This document shows, one piece after another, positions 27,505 through 37,326 of a stretch of DNA of 64,000 bases. The stretch is from positions 1,536,001 through 1,600,000 of the forward strand of contig CAVTRN010000001.1 of assembly GCA_963737155.1 (NCBI GenBank), read 5' to 3'. Numbering within the stretch: the first letter of the stretch is position 1; the number at the start of each line of letters is the position of its first letter. Source of the stretch: Nitrospirota bacterium. Lineage in GTDB: Bacteria > Nitrospirota > UBA9217. Both the position numbers and the translations under genes were made by a program. Under the pieces are notes generated by a model. It worked only from the letters and a program-made list of their open reading frames with translations. It had not been told where the DNA came from and made no database searches.

Positions 27505-28814
27505 TGCCTATCAATATTCTCAATCTAAACGCCTATGAGATCATAAATTTCAAAGAAACAGAGCATGATTATCATATATATGCGAGGACCAAGGTACCGT
27601 CAACCATATGCCCTCACTGCGGATCAAATAATGTCGTAGGGCATGGGTCCGATGACATCACTGTAAAAGATATGACGATACATGGCAAGCGAGTAGGCGT
27701 GTATATCGGCGTACGTAGGTATAAATGCCGGGGCTGCGGTAAAACCTTTACTGAAGCACTGCCTCATATAAATAGCAAAAGACTAATGACAGATCGACTT
27801 GTTCAATATGTCGGCGGCCAGGCACTTAGCCGTACTTTCACAAGCATAGCAGATGAGATTGGAGTCGCAGAAGGTACTATACGGAACATTTTTCGTGACT
27901 ATGTGAACGAACTTGAAAAAACAGTCCGATTCGAGATACCACAGTGGATGGGTATCGATGAGATTCATATTATTAAGAAACCCAGAGCTGTCATCAGCAA
28001 TATCGAGAACAACACAATCGTAAATATCTTACCTGATCGGAATAAAAAGACTGTCATCAAATATCTAAACGGTCTTGATGGTAAAGATCGTGTTCGATAT
28101 GTCGCAATGGATATGTGGAAGCCCTATCGAGATGCTGTCAATACAGTATTCCCAGACGCTACCATAGTCATAGACAAGTTTCATGTTGTCAGAATGGCAA
28201 ACGAGGCGGTTGAAAAAGTGCGTAAATCAATTCGGCAATCTCTCACGTCAGCCCAACGTCGAACACTCATGCACGATCGATTCGTCTTGTTGAAGAGACA
28301 AAAAGACTTGTCTGCAAAAGAAATACTTATACTAGCGACATGGTTCGCCAATTATCAGGATATTAAAGAGGTTTACGAGGTTAAAGAGCAATTCTTCAAT
28401 ATATGGGATGCAAAAGACAAAAACGAAGCGCTTGGCTTATATAACGGATGGCAGCAGAGCATACCTCAAAATCTTCTCGAAGCCTACCATCCATTAATTA
28501 CTGCAACAGAAAACTGGCAGGAGGAAATTTTTGCGTACTTTGATCATAAAATCACGAACGCTTATACCGAGTCTCTCAACAATTTAATAAGGGTCATGAA
28601 TCGATTGGGCCGTGGTTATTCCTTTGACGCCCTTAGAGCAAAAATTCTCTTCACAGAATCTATGCACAAGATTAAAAGATCTGCGTTTAAAAAATGGCCA
28701 GCAGATAACTTAATGTGTTTCCGGACGGAATCCACATTGGACAATCAGCCGGAAATTAATTACGGGGTGGATATATCCACACTAACAGAACTGATTGAGT
28801 CCGGAGCCTTTTGA
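27504..28814 (+). CDS. ISL3-family transposase
   Basis: CPHC...C..C zinc finger, GIDE, AMDMWKPY, DKFHVV, TNAYTESLN; TAATG-coupled start. Confidence 0.93.
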   Translation: MPINILNLNAYEIINFKETEHDYHIYARTKVPSTICPHCGSNNVVGHGSDDITVKDMTIHGKRVGVYIGVRRYKCRGCGKTFTEALPHINSKRLMTDRLVQYVGGQALSRTFTSIADEIGVAEGTIRNIFRDYVNELEKTVRFEIPQWMGIDEIHIIKKPRAVISNIENNTIVNILPDRNKKTVIKYLNGLDGKDRVRYVAMDMWKPYRDAVNTVFPDATIVIDKFHVVRMANEAVEKVRKSIRQSLTSAQRRTLMHDRFVLLKRQKDLSAKEILILATWFANYQDIKEVYEVKEQFFNIWDAKDKNEALGLYNGWQQSIPQNLLEAYHPLITATENWQEEIFAYFDHKITNAYTESLNNLIRVMNRLGRGYSFDALRAKILFTESMHKIKRSAFKKWPADNLMCFRTESTLDNQPEINYGVDISTLTELIESGAF

Positions 28815-28847
28815 CCTCCCACCCACACCAAATTACGAATACCCTTA

Positions 28848-30572
28848 TTATTTTACACTCCCCGCTACCCACTTAAGTAAATCCCTAGACCATCTAAAAT
28901 AATATTCTGGCCCCTTCTTCGACGGATGGCGCTTTGATTTCAGTTTAACGTTTTTTTCACTGAATTCCTTAATCATTTTCTTTAAGTGAATACAGTTTAC
29001 ATATTTTTGCATTAAATCTTTAGCATGTTGCACTAAAATATTAATGTCATCACTCGATACCAATACATAAGTACCTGGACCATTGGGCAAGTTCCTATGG
29101 TCGACTTCTACAAGACAGACATTTCTCCCTTTGTAATTAAACGTTGCACATCTATAAAGCCGCATATCCCAATTGCAGTTTTTATAGCTTTCCCTCTGCG
29201 TTAACCTCTTTGTTTGTTTTTTCCCACGCCGTTCGGGAACATCCCTTTCTGGAAACATTTCCCAGCTCTGAACACCTTCAGCATCACTAAGATAATTCAT
29301 TAACTCGTTAAAATTCTCTAAACAGAAATATGCCTTTTGCTCATCACTATTTTCGGTTTTCCCCCTGCTCCTCTTCTCCACATTGGCTTTCCGCGCAAGC
29401 GTTTCATTCTCGGCGTTCGGGTCTTCAATGACGCTCATGGGAACATCACCTAATACTTCTTCCGCGGTACGGGCATCACCCTCAGCAGCCTTTTCATTAT
29501 CCACCTCGGGGATGATAACATGAGCAATTTTTATTTTTTTTAGGTTAGAGTTTCGTTCTTCTTTAAGGGAACCAATGATAACGGGTTGCAACTGTGAGGA
29601 AGGCGGTTTGTTCGTGACGAGGTCAATTGTCTTATACGTCCGCGTAGGACGAAGGACTTCAGTTGCTTTGGGAGCCTTTTTCCTCGCACTTCGTTGTATT
29701 TCTAAGTTATCGAAACTGAAGGAGCTGTCTTCCTTCAATATCTCGAAAACAATTATCTTATTCTTTTGTCTCGTCGTATCATCGAATTCTAACCCCCTCA
29801 CTTCCATGTTAATAACTTGCTGAACAGGAAAGTCAAATTTAAGGGGAACAAATTCATTATTTTCTCCTGAAGATATCGCTTCTGAGTGGCGTTGGAGCAT
29901 ACCAGCATATACGGCATTCCACCTCTTCAACGAAAATTTGTTAGTGGCAAATCGAACAATATAAGGAGCATCATATTCGTTGGCGTTCGATTTCAAGTGA
30001 ATAGTTGCTTTATGAGTTTCTAAATCGACTTTAGCATACTCATATAAGCCCTCAAGTCTCCCGAAGAAAAGCTGTCGCCGCATGGCGGATGAGGTGAAGT
30101 AATACCTCGCACCGAGGACTGCACAGGGGAATATGAGCATGCTTTTCTCATCTTCAAAAATGACACAGGGTTGTCTCTTGCAATATTTTGAATAATCAAC
30201 GTGCTTTTCTCCCCGACTGAAGGAATGACTAAGATTATACTCGTCGTCTGTCAGCACATCAGATACCGAGCAGATCCGGTTTTTGTCTGTTGATGTAAAA
30301 GTAACCGGGAAAACTTCTCCAAGGGGTTTAATATCATCTACAAAATTTGTATCTTGATAATGGAGGCCTATAGCGAAATAATCATGTAAAAATTCCGGAA
30401 AGATATCCTCCGTTAAATACATATTGCTATTAATGTCTTTAAAAAGGACCTTGTAAAAGTTCTTACCTGCGACCGTTGAAATATCCATGATCCAAAGGAG
30501 TCTAAAGACTCGGTCTGGATGTTTTGTACTCATCTTAGGGAGCTTTGTAGATTTGATTGATCTCTCGATCAT
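28848..30572 (-). CDS. TnsE-like Tn7 target-selection protein (putative)
   Basis: 574 aa; LIFPCAVLGARYYFTSS in the N-domain; C-domain VCLVEVD...RHP...RW; lies next to a TGT end. Confidence 0.55.
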   Translation of the reverse strand: MIERSIKSTKLPKMSTKHPDRVFRLLWIMDISTVAGKNFYKVLFKDINSNMYLTEDIFPEFLHDYFAIGLHYQDTNFVDDIKPLGEVFPVTFTSTDKNRICSVSDVLTDDEYNLSHSFSRGEKHVDYSKYCKRQPCVIFEDEKSMLIFPCAVLGARYYFTSSAMRRQLFFGRLEGLYEYAKVDLETHKATIHLKSNANEYDAPYIVRFATNKFSLKRWNAVYAGMLQRHSEAISSGENNEFVPLKFDFPVQQVINMEVRGLEFDDTTRQKNKIIVFEILKEDSSFSFDNLEIQRSARKKAPKATEVLRPTRTYKTIDLVTNKPPSSQLQPVIIGSLKEERNSNLKKIKIAHVIIPEVDNEKAAEGDARTAEEVLGDVPMSVIEDPNAENETLARKANVEKRSRGKTENSDEQKAYFCLENFNELMNYLSDAEGVQSWEMFPERDVPERRGKKQTKRLTQRESYKNCNWDMRLYRCATFNYKGRNVCLVEVDHRNLPNGPGTYVLVSSDDINILVQHAKDLMQKYVNCIHLKKMIKEFSEKNVKLKSKRHPSKKGPEYYFRWSRDLLKWVAGSVK

Positions 30573-30729
30573 GCCGTATAGAAGAGCAAAGGATCTCCTA
30601 ATGGATGAAACAATACTTTATGTATTGCGCGGGACACCTTTGACTGGGCTAGATTAGAGAAAAATGGCGATAAGAGAGCGAGAATGCTTATTTTGGGGGG
30701 ATTAAGCGGACTTGTTTCACGGGTACCAC

Positions 30730-30800
30730 TATTTGTTGTGTCTTTTATTGAGCCAGTTGCAATATATTTTGTGTAGTTGCAATAACTAATAGCTATGACA
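30730..30800 (-). mobile_element. Tn7-like transposon end
   Basis: Minus strand TGTCATAGCTATTAGT-TATTGCAACT-N10-TATTGCAACT (20-bp period; plus-strand AGTTGCAATA at 30755 and 30775); coincides with the DUF815 break and the GC shift. Confidence 0.7.
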
Positions 30801-31294
30801 CCGCCGTCCATGATCGTTTTCATTTCCTTGTAATCGACCTGTCCCTCTTCGAAGGACAGATCGTCAATGAAGAGAATGAACCGGTAAGGAGTGCTCCGTT
30901 CAAGAAGATCATACATCTCCTGAATCGTGAGAATATCGTGCTTGTAGACCTGGATCATCCGGAGTGATGAGTTGTAAAAAACCGTAAGCAGGGACTTTAT
31001 AAGCGACGATTTGCCTGTACCGCGCTCACCCCAGAGCATAACGTTGTTTGCCTTGTTGCCGTCGATGAAATTCTTCGTATTGTGGATGACTGCCTTTTTG
31101 ATCGAATCGATGCCGATCAGGTCGCCTGTATCGATCTGGACCGGCCGCCTGACCGGGTTCATGGATTTCCGCTTTCCGTCCCAGAGAAAGGCCTTATAGC
31201 CGTCAAAATACGGTGTTTCCGGTCCGCTGTCCACGTAACGATCAAGCAGTTTGTCAAGTTTGGTTAGAATTTGCCCGATGTCGGCTTTGTCCAT
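30801..31294 (-). pseudogene. DUF815 AAA+ ATPase, 3' truncated by insertion
   Basis: NNVMLWGERGTGKSSL, LFIDDLSF, KTIMDGG, then homology stops before YATSNRRHL. Confidence 0.85.
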
Positions 31295-31457
31295 GATCTG
31301 CACTATACTCCTGTGTGTCCACGGGCGACTTTGTTGCACTGTAAATCCAAAGCACCGTTCACCCACGGTTTAATGTTTTAAAAAAGCTCCGGATACTAAG
31401 CCTCGATCAAAAAAAGAGGGATAACCGTTTTTAGCCTTCTTTAAGATACTTTTGTTC

Positions 31458-32573
31458 TTATTTCGATTTCATCTTCACCGGCTCATAGGTGCAAAACGGT
31501 TCGGCCGCAAGATAGTCGCCAGAAATAGCATACGCCCGGGCGCGGCAGCCGCCGCAGACACGGCGGTACTCGCAGATTCCGCACTTACCGTGGTAGTGAT
31601 CAAGGTCGCGCATCTCCTTGAAAAGCTGCGAAGTGTTCCAGATCGTGGAAAAGGGTTCTTTTTTGATGTTGCCGGCCTCTTCCTCAAGGAACCCGCAAAT
31701 CTGCACCTTGCCGACGTGAGACACAAAAGCGAAACTCTGGCCGCCCATGCAGCCCTTGGTCATTGCATCGAGGCCATGAGATTCGGGCGTGACGATTTTC
31801 CCCTTTTCCTTCTCCCCCTGTCGGAAGATGCGGTAATAGTGGGGAGCGCAGGTAGGCTTGAACTGGATAGGGACTTTGTCCCGCATTTCATAGAACCACT
31901 TGAGCGTGCTCTCATACTCCGCTGGCGGGATTTCCTGGTCGATCAATTCCTTGCCACGGCCCGTGGGCACGAGCAGAAAGGGATGATACGCAACCGCGCC
32001 GAGCTTGATAACCATATCGAGCAGCTTCGGCAAGTCTTTAACGTTGTGTTTCGTTATGGTGGTATTCACCTGGAACTCCAGGCCGACCTTCTTGAAATTC
32101 TCAATAGCCTTCATTACACTCTCGAAGGCACCTTCCACACGGCGGAAGTTGTTATGCTGCTCCGCGGTAAGGCCGTCGATCGAGAGTGAAACACGCATGA
32201 TGCCCGAGTCCTTCATCTTCTGCGCTAGCTCCTCGGTCACCAGAAGACCGCAGGGTGCCATAACCATCCGGAGGCCGATAGAAGTGCCGTGTTTGGCGAT
32301 ATCGTAAATATCCGGCCGCATCATGGGCTCTCCGCCTGTCAGGATGATGATCGGGTCGCTGAAGGATTTGACGTCGTCCAGAAAACGAATGCATTCCTCA
32401 GTTGCCAGCTCGCCCGGATAGGGCCCGTATTTGGCCGCAGCCCGGCAGTGGATGCAGTTCAGTACGCAACTACGCGTCGTTTCCCAAGCAATAAGCCTCG
32501 GAAGATACTTCTTTTCTTTATTCTCGGTCACGGGATGACCGTGAGGCGCTTTCTCAGCACGGGGATGGGACAT
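31458..32573 (-). CDS. ahbD: Heme b synthase (radical SAM/SPASM)
   Basis: PRLIAWETTRSCVLNCIHCRA, KPTCAPHYYRI, KGCMGGQSFAFVSH.G.VQICG, CGGCRARA. Confidence 0.85.
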   Translation of the reverse strand: MSHPRAEKAPHGHPVTENKEKKYLPRLIAWETTRSCVLNCIHCRAAAKYGPYPGELATEECIRFLDDVKSFSDPIIILTGGEPMMRPDIYDIAKHGTSIGLRMVMAPCGLLVTEELAQKMKDSGIMRVSLSIDGLTAEQHNNFRRVEGAFESVMKAIENFKKVGLEFQVNTTITKHNVKDLPKLLDMVIKLGAVAYHPFLLVPTGRGKELIDQEIPPAEYESTLKWFYEMRDKVPIQFKPTCAPHYYRIFRQGEKEKGKIVTPESHGLDAMTKGCMGGQSFAFVSHVGKVQICGFLEEEAGNIKKEPFSTIWNTSQLFKEMRDLDHYHGKCGICEYRRVCGGCRARAYAISGDYLAAEPFCTYEPVKMKSK

Positions 32574-32970
32574 AAACCTCTCCTTTTTTGGGAAAGCTAA
32601 ATTTCAAAATCCGGCCTTCAGACGGTGTAGCGTCATTTTGAACTTTGAGCTTTGAAATTCGAACAGTTTATATTAACCAATTGGTAGGGATTAGTAAAGA
32701 TCAAATTCAGGCGCAAACTCGGTTTCGGCACTGCGCTTTTGCCCGGTAGAGGGTATCGTCAGCTCGCTGAATCAGCCCTTCCGATTAGGGAAAGATAATC
32801 TCGGTCGGCAACCATGACTACCGTGGTTTCATCGAGGATCAATAAAAGAGGCGATCAAAGTCGCGCCCCGCCTGAGCCGAAGGTCGATCATGAGCAGGAT
32901 CGAAAACCGTTCGTGATATGCATTAGACTTTTTGTTCAGACATGGAACGCATTTCATAATAGTAACAAAA

Positions 32971-33624
32971 TTAGGGCTGTTCAGCCCTGAAGAGTTTCTT
33001 CAATTCCGCCAGTTCGCGGATCACATAGTCCGGCCCCACCTTCCGCAGCTCTTCTTCAGGTCGAAAGCCATAGGTTACAGAACAGGTGATGACGCCGGCC
33101 GCCTTACCAGCCTGAACATCCGTTGTCCCGTCACCCACAATCACAGCCCGCTCTTTCGGCATCCCGAAATCCGACAGAACTCTCAGCACAGAATCCGGGG
33201 CTGGCTTGAGGGACAGGCCGGAATCAGCGCCAATCACGAGTTTGAAATACTTTGCAATGTCTAATTGCTCGAGCAGCGGCGCGACAAATTCCGTCGTCTT
33301 GTTGCTAATCACCGCCATGTGAAGAGATTTAAAATGTTCAAGTGTATCAGACACGGTCGGATACAGCCGGGAGCGCACTACCAAGTTCTCGCGGTGGTGC
33401 TTTTTATAAATAGCGACGGCCTCGTAAATATTCTCCGTTTTCCCTCCGAGGGAGCGGATCATCAGCGTTTCGATTCCGTCACCCACATATCGGCGAACAG
33501 TATCTTCCGTCAAGGGCATCCGGCCAAGCCGATTGAGCGTGAAATTGACTGAGGCCGCAATGTCCTCGAGTGTGTTTACGAGGGTTCCATCTAGGTCGAA
33601 TATGAGGAGACCGATAGGTTTCAT
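32971..33624 (-). CDS. gph: HAD-family phosphatase (phosphoglycolate phosphatase-like)
   Basis: IFDLDGTL, SNK, KPAP, VGDGTTD. Confidence 0.8.
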   Translation of the reverse strand: MKPIGLLIFDLDGTLVNTLEDIAASVNFTLNRLGRMPLTEDTVRRYVGDGIETLMIRSLGGKTENIYEAVAIYKKHHRENLVVRSRLYPTVSDTLEHFKSLHMAVISNKTTEFVAPLLEQLDIAKYFKLVIGADSGLSLKPAPDSVLRVLSDFGMPKERAVIVGDGTTDVQAGKAAGVITCSVTYGFRPEEELRKVGPDYVIRELAELKKLFRAEQP

Positions 33625-33745
33625 GATGAGGGCAAAGAACGATACGGAACCACAAGGATTCGCTGGAAAGACCGTTCGCGTCTTAAACTTTTCAGCCGTC
33701 ACACCACAGTTTAAGTGTTCCGGCTGTTCGAGGGCTAAACAGCGT

Positions 33746-34621
33746 TCACGAGGTCGTTGTCATTCCCAAATACTTCATTGGGTTTTCCGATCCGAACTGG
33801 ACGGCCCATTCCTGCGGAATTCCGAGTAGTGTCAGGTTATTGACGGCATCAGCCAGCGGGATACCGCTGCCCAGAAGTGTGCCGCCCGCACCCCGGATTG
33901 GTCCGTTTCCCCAACCGACTCCCATGACCGAGTCGGAAACGAGAAGGATCTTATCCAGACCTTTCATGTCGAAGATCATTTTCAGGCTTTGTCGGTGTAG
34001 GTGCGCCATGTCCGCGATGATCTCAACATAGATGTCCTCGTCCATGATCCCGAACCCGGCAAGGCCGGGCTCCCGATGATGAAAACCCCGCATGGCATTG
34101 AAGAGGTGGGTAATGCCCGTGGCCCCCGCCCGCTTGCCTTCTTCCGCTTGGTCGAACGATGCATCGCTGTGGCCCATGTGGACTAGGAAACCTTTTTCAC
34201 GGCTCATTTCGATCAGACGCAACGCGCCCGGCAGCTCGGGGGCAATCGTAATGATCTTGATGATGTCTTCGAAATCCTCCACAAGCTGCCTGAATGCCTC
34301 GACCGAGGGATCGAGAAAACTGTTTTTATCCAGCGACCCTGCCCGCTCCGGGTTCAGGAAGGGACCCTCCAGATTCACGCCAAGGATGGTGGCGCCCTCT
34401 CGCTGAACCGACATCGCGCGCCGGACAGCTGCCATGTTCTCGCGCATAATCTCGATGGATCCGGGATAGAGCGTCGGCAGCAGGGCCGACGTCCCGCGAT
34501 GGCCATGTATACACGCTACCTGGAGGATATCGTCCTGCCGTCTTGTGCGCGTATCATACTTTTCGGCGCCATGTACGTGAATATCGATAAGATACGGCTT
34601 GCTTCCGATAGCGTAGGCCAT
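33746..34621 (-). CDS. nagA: N-acetylglucosamine-6-phosphate deacetylase
   Basis: IDIHVHG, LEGPFL, TIAPE, GHSDA, THLFNAM. Confidence 0.85.
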   Translation of the reverse strand: MAYAIGSKPYLIDIHVHGAEKYDTRTRRQDDILQVACIHGHRGTSALLPTLYPGSIEIMRENMAAVRRAMSVQREGATILGVNLEGPFLNPERAGSLDKNSFLDPSVEAFRQLVEDFEDIIKIITIAPELPGALRLIEMSREKGFLVHMGHSDASFDQAEEGKRAGATGITHLFNAMRGFHHREPGLAGFGIMDEDIYVEIIADMAHLHRQSLKMIFDMKGLDKILLVSDSVMGVGWGNGPIRGAGGTLLGSGIPLADAVNNLTLLGIPQEWAVQFGSENPMKYLGMTTTS

Positions 34622-34694
34622 AGAAATATCCCGAGTTTGAGTTCAATGTACAAAGTGCTCAGTTCATAGTACAATGCCGGTATATATATGGATG

Positions 34695-34931
34695 CTAGGT
34701 GATCTTCCCCCTGCGCGAAAAGAATTCCGAAAGCGCTAGGCGCACCACGGCACCACGGTCCCATGGCTGTCTGAGCTCTTTCGTCATCTCAACAGCAATC
34801 TCATCAAGCGCATCCAGATGCTCGTCTTCAAGAAGGAGCGTCACCTCAACCAACTCATGATGCTCGTGCCCCTCATTGCCATTATAACCCGCTGTGTGAC
34901 GTTTGTGTGCGTGAACGTGTTTATCATCCAT
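34695..34931 (-). CDS. His-rich small protein with ribbon-helix-helix-like C-terminus
   Basis: HVHAHKRH...HEHHE then VTLLLEDEHLDALDEIA...DRGAVVRLALSEF. Confidence 0.6.
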   Translation of the reverse strand: MDDKHVHAHKRHTAGYNGNEGHEHHELVEVTLLLEDEHLDALDEIAVEMTKELRQPWDRGAVVRLALSEFFSRRGKIT

Positions 34932-34988
34932 GAAGCACCTCACTATGACGGAGGAAACCAGAGCGTGATGGCACCTTCCGTCTTCGGC

Positions 34989-35903
34989 CTAGAACAGTAT
35001 TCTCATCATTACGGGCATCGTAAAGAATAACGACACAGTCGATACGGCAATGCACGCTGCGGCAAGCGGGACATCGAGATTGAATTCATCGGCGATCACA
35101 AGAGACAACACCATAACCGGCATAGCGCCTTCAATGGTCACAGCCTGAAGAACTTTCCCGGTGATGCCGAGCCGCGAAGCAATCCACCATGCCACAACAG
35201 GAGCAAGAAATAACTTGATTGCGATGGCCGGAATGGCTATGGGGAGTCGTTTAAAATCGCGAAAGTCGAGCGCTAACCCCACGGTAAATGTCATAATCGG
35301 GATCACGGCCATTCCCATGAGCCCCGCCGTGTCCAATACAAGCTGCGGAATCAACACACCGCTGAGACGAACCGCAATCCCGGCGGCCGCGGCCCAAAGT
35401 GGCGGGAGCATAACTACCCGTTTGAGCGATGCAGCGAACGATACGGTTTTGCCGCTTCCGTACCGTGCCGAGAGGAAAACTCCTGCTGTCAGCAGAAGAG
35501 GCGTCGATGCCAGGAGATCATACAGGATAGCCACATAACCGTGTTCCCTGCCGAGCATCTCTGTAATGACCGGCAGGCCGAGATACGTTACATTCCCGTA
35601 AGTAGCTGCAAGAATCATGACACCGAAAGCCGACTTGGGAATGTTTCTGAATCCAGGCATCAGCTTATAAACCGCAAATACTGCCGCTGTGCACAGAAGA
35701 ACGACTGCGGCGGCAGCGAGCGGTATGGTAACGAAGTTCACATCGGCATGGGCTGTTGCCACGAGTCCGAAGACAAGGGCGGGCAGGAAAACATAAAGCA
35801 CTGCAACGCTCATTACTTGCCGAACCTGGTGACGATCAAGCCCTCCGGGATCGAAAAATCTCCATGCATATCCTGCTGCGATGACCAGACCGAATGAATA
35901 CAA
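34989..35903 (-). CDS. AEC (auxin efflux carrier) family transporter
   Basis: YVFLPALVF, GNVTYLGLP, KLFLAP, AMP; about 10 TM segments. Confidence 0.88.
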   Translation of the reverse strand: MYSFGLVIAAGYAWRFFDPGGLDRHQVRQVMSVAVLYVFLPALVFGLVATAHADVNFVTIPLAAAAVVLLCTAAVFAVYKLMPGFRNIPKSAFGVMILAATYGNVTYLGLPVITEMLGREHGYVAILYDLLASTPLLLTAGVFLSARYGSGKTVSFAASLKRVVMLPPLWAAAAGIAVRLSGVLIPQLVLDTAGLMGMAVIPIMTFTVGLALDFRDFKRLPIAIPAIAIKLFLAPVVAWWIASRLGITGKVLQAVTIEGAMPVMVLSLVIADEFNLDVPLAAACIAVSTVSLFFTMPVMMRILF

Positions 35904-36588
35904 AACTTTATTGATACACTACTCCTTATATCGATTATACCAGCAACTAGCCGAAGATTGAACAGGAATTTTCATGCTGACATCCTCCCCTGGATGAAGT
36001 CCGGGGATTTAACAGCAGAGGGGCACACCCCTACTTTCCATGTTTTATGGTATCATTGGTCTACAGTAATTAAAACAATATTAGACAAGCAATCATTGTG
36101 TATCACATTTATCACATTTGAATGTTCATTTTGTCTTTGAGACTAAGTACAGACGACACATATTCGTGTTTACGGAATGCTTAAGTTTATAGGACTTAAG
36201 CATGCTTGTGCGCCATCAGATGCTGGATAATCGTTCCTGTCTTGCGTTTGTATCTTTGCTGGCAGCTATATATCCTTGCGCAAAAAGAAGTGATTATAGA
36301 GGGTCTTCATGCTCCTCGACAATAAGAGTAACTGATTTATTTTGCGAAAAATGCCGCCATTTTTTTGTGATTCGTTGATGCCGAAACCAACTTCCGCAAC
36401 AGCGTATGAGACTCTATATCCCTTGCAGTTCAGTGATCAAGATGCCGTTGTTGTTGCGATTGTAGATTATTATTCTCTGGTGAAGACACCCTGCAGCAAA
36501 TTGCCATATTTACTTCGAAAGTCTGGACGAACGTATTCCCGCGTAATTACTGAACCGGCATGATAATAGTTCCATGCGGTTTTGAAAG

Positions 36589-36861
36589 TTAACATAATTT
36601 TTTTTCGCATAATGACGCAGATTTATATGCCATAATATGGCACGATTTTTCTCGAATTGCAAATGCATTGTCGAAGTTTAGCAATGCTCTCCAAAACTTA
36701 TGGTCACTTGCTAATAAATCTGTCATTAACAGCGGTAAAAGCTCAGCAGTTGTTGTATGTAACGAGAAAAGAACGCTGTCGTTAAAATGCGCTTTAAATT
36801 GACGATTAAAATAAATGGTGATACCATTGTTTTGTACGGGAACATCCATATTGTCCTCCAT
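36589..36861 (-). CDS. Hypothetical protein
   Basis: 90 aa ORF with GGAG RBS; no family recognised. Confidence 0.35.
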   Translation of the reverse strand: MEDNMDVPVQNNGITIYFNRQFKAHFNDSVLFSLHTTTAELLPLLMTDLLASDHKFWRALLNFDNAFAIREKSCHIMAYKSASLCEKKLC

Positions 36862-37326
36862 TTTTTTGGTTTTAATTTCTCCAAAACTATTGCTACTATA
36901 AAATGAAGGGCAATTTATGCTACTTTATATCCAAGCCTTTTTCCACTCTACTAGATTTAATGCGTTGTAGTCATCAGCCCGTTCTGTTTTGAATTGGGTT
37001 ACAATGCCGAAAATGACCCCGGAAGTCTGGGCTGAAAAGTTTGGGTCTGCTTTATCAGACAATCTGAACAGGGAGGATGAGGAACCTTCCACATCCATTC
37101 AACTCCCTGAACATGTGACAAACCACGAGATCAATCAACATGATGTGGGAAGGACAATGTTTGTCTTTTGGAGGACATCGCAGCCGGAAGGTAGAAGGCA
37201 TTGAGGTTCCCTGGCGCCGGTTTATCTGCGTAAGGGACGTCTTCAGGAAGTGCGGAATCAGGCCATTCAATGAAGAAATACGTGTAAATTGGCTAGCATA
37301 TTTTGATCGAGGAAGGGAATCCATCC

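Larger units (their letters stand above)
26714..28844 (+). mobile_element. ISL3-family transporter IS carrying an MNT-HEPN TA pair
   Basis: IRL GGGTATTCGTAACGTAGTGTGG, IRR (revcomp) GGGTATTCGTAATTTGGTGTGG; 8-bp TSD TTATTATT at 26706-26713 and 28845-28852. Confidence 0.92.

Noticed and set aside
30569-31366. 265-aa ORF as an intact gene coupled to the TnsE-like gene
   Set aside because: The last about 76 codons are readthrough into the transposon end and the first 24 are upstream of the likely start; treated as truncated DUF815
36638-36653. Sigma54 promoter (TGGCACG)
   Set aside because: The -12 TTGC element is absent (reads TTCT)
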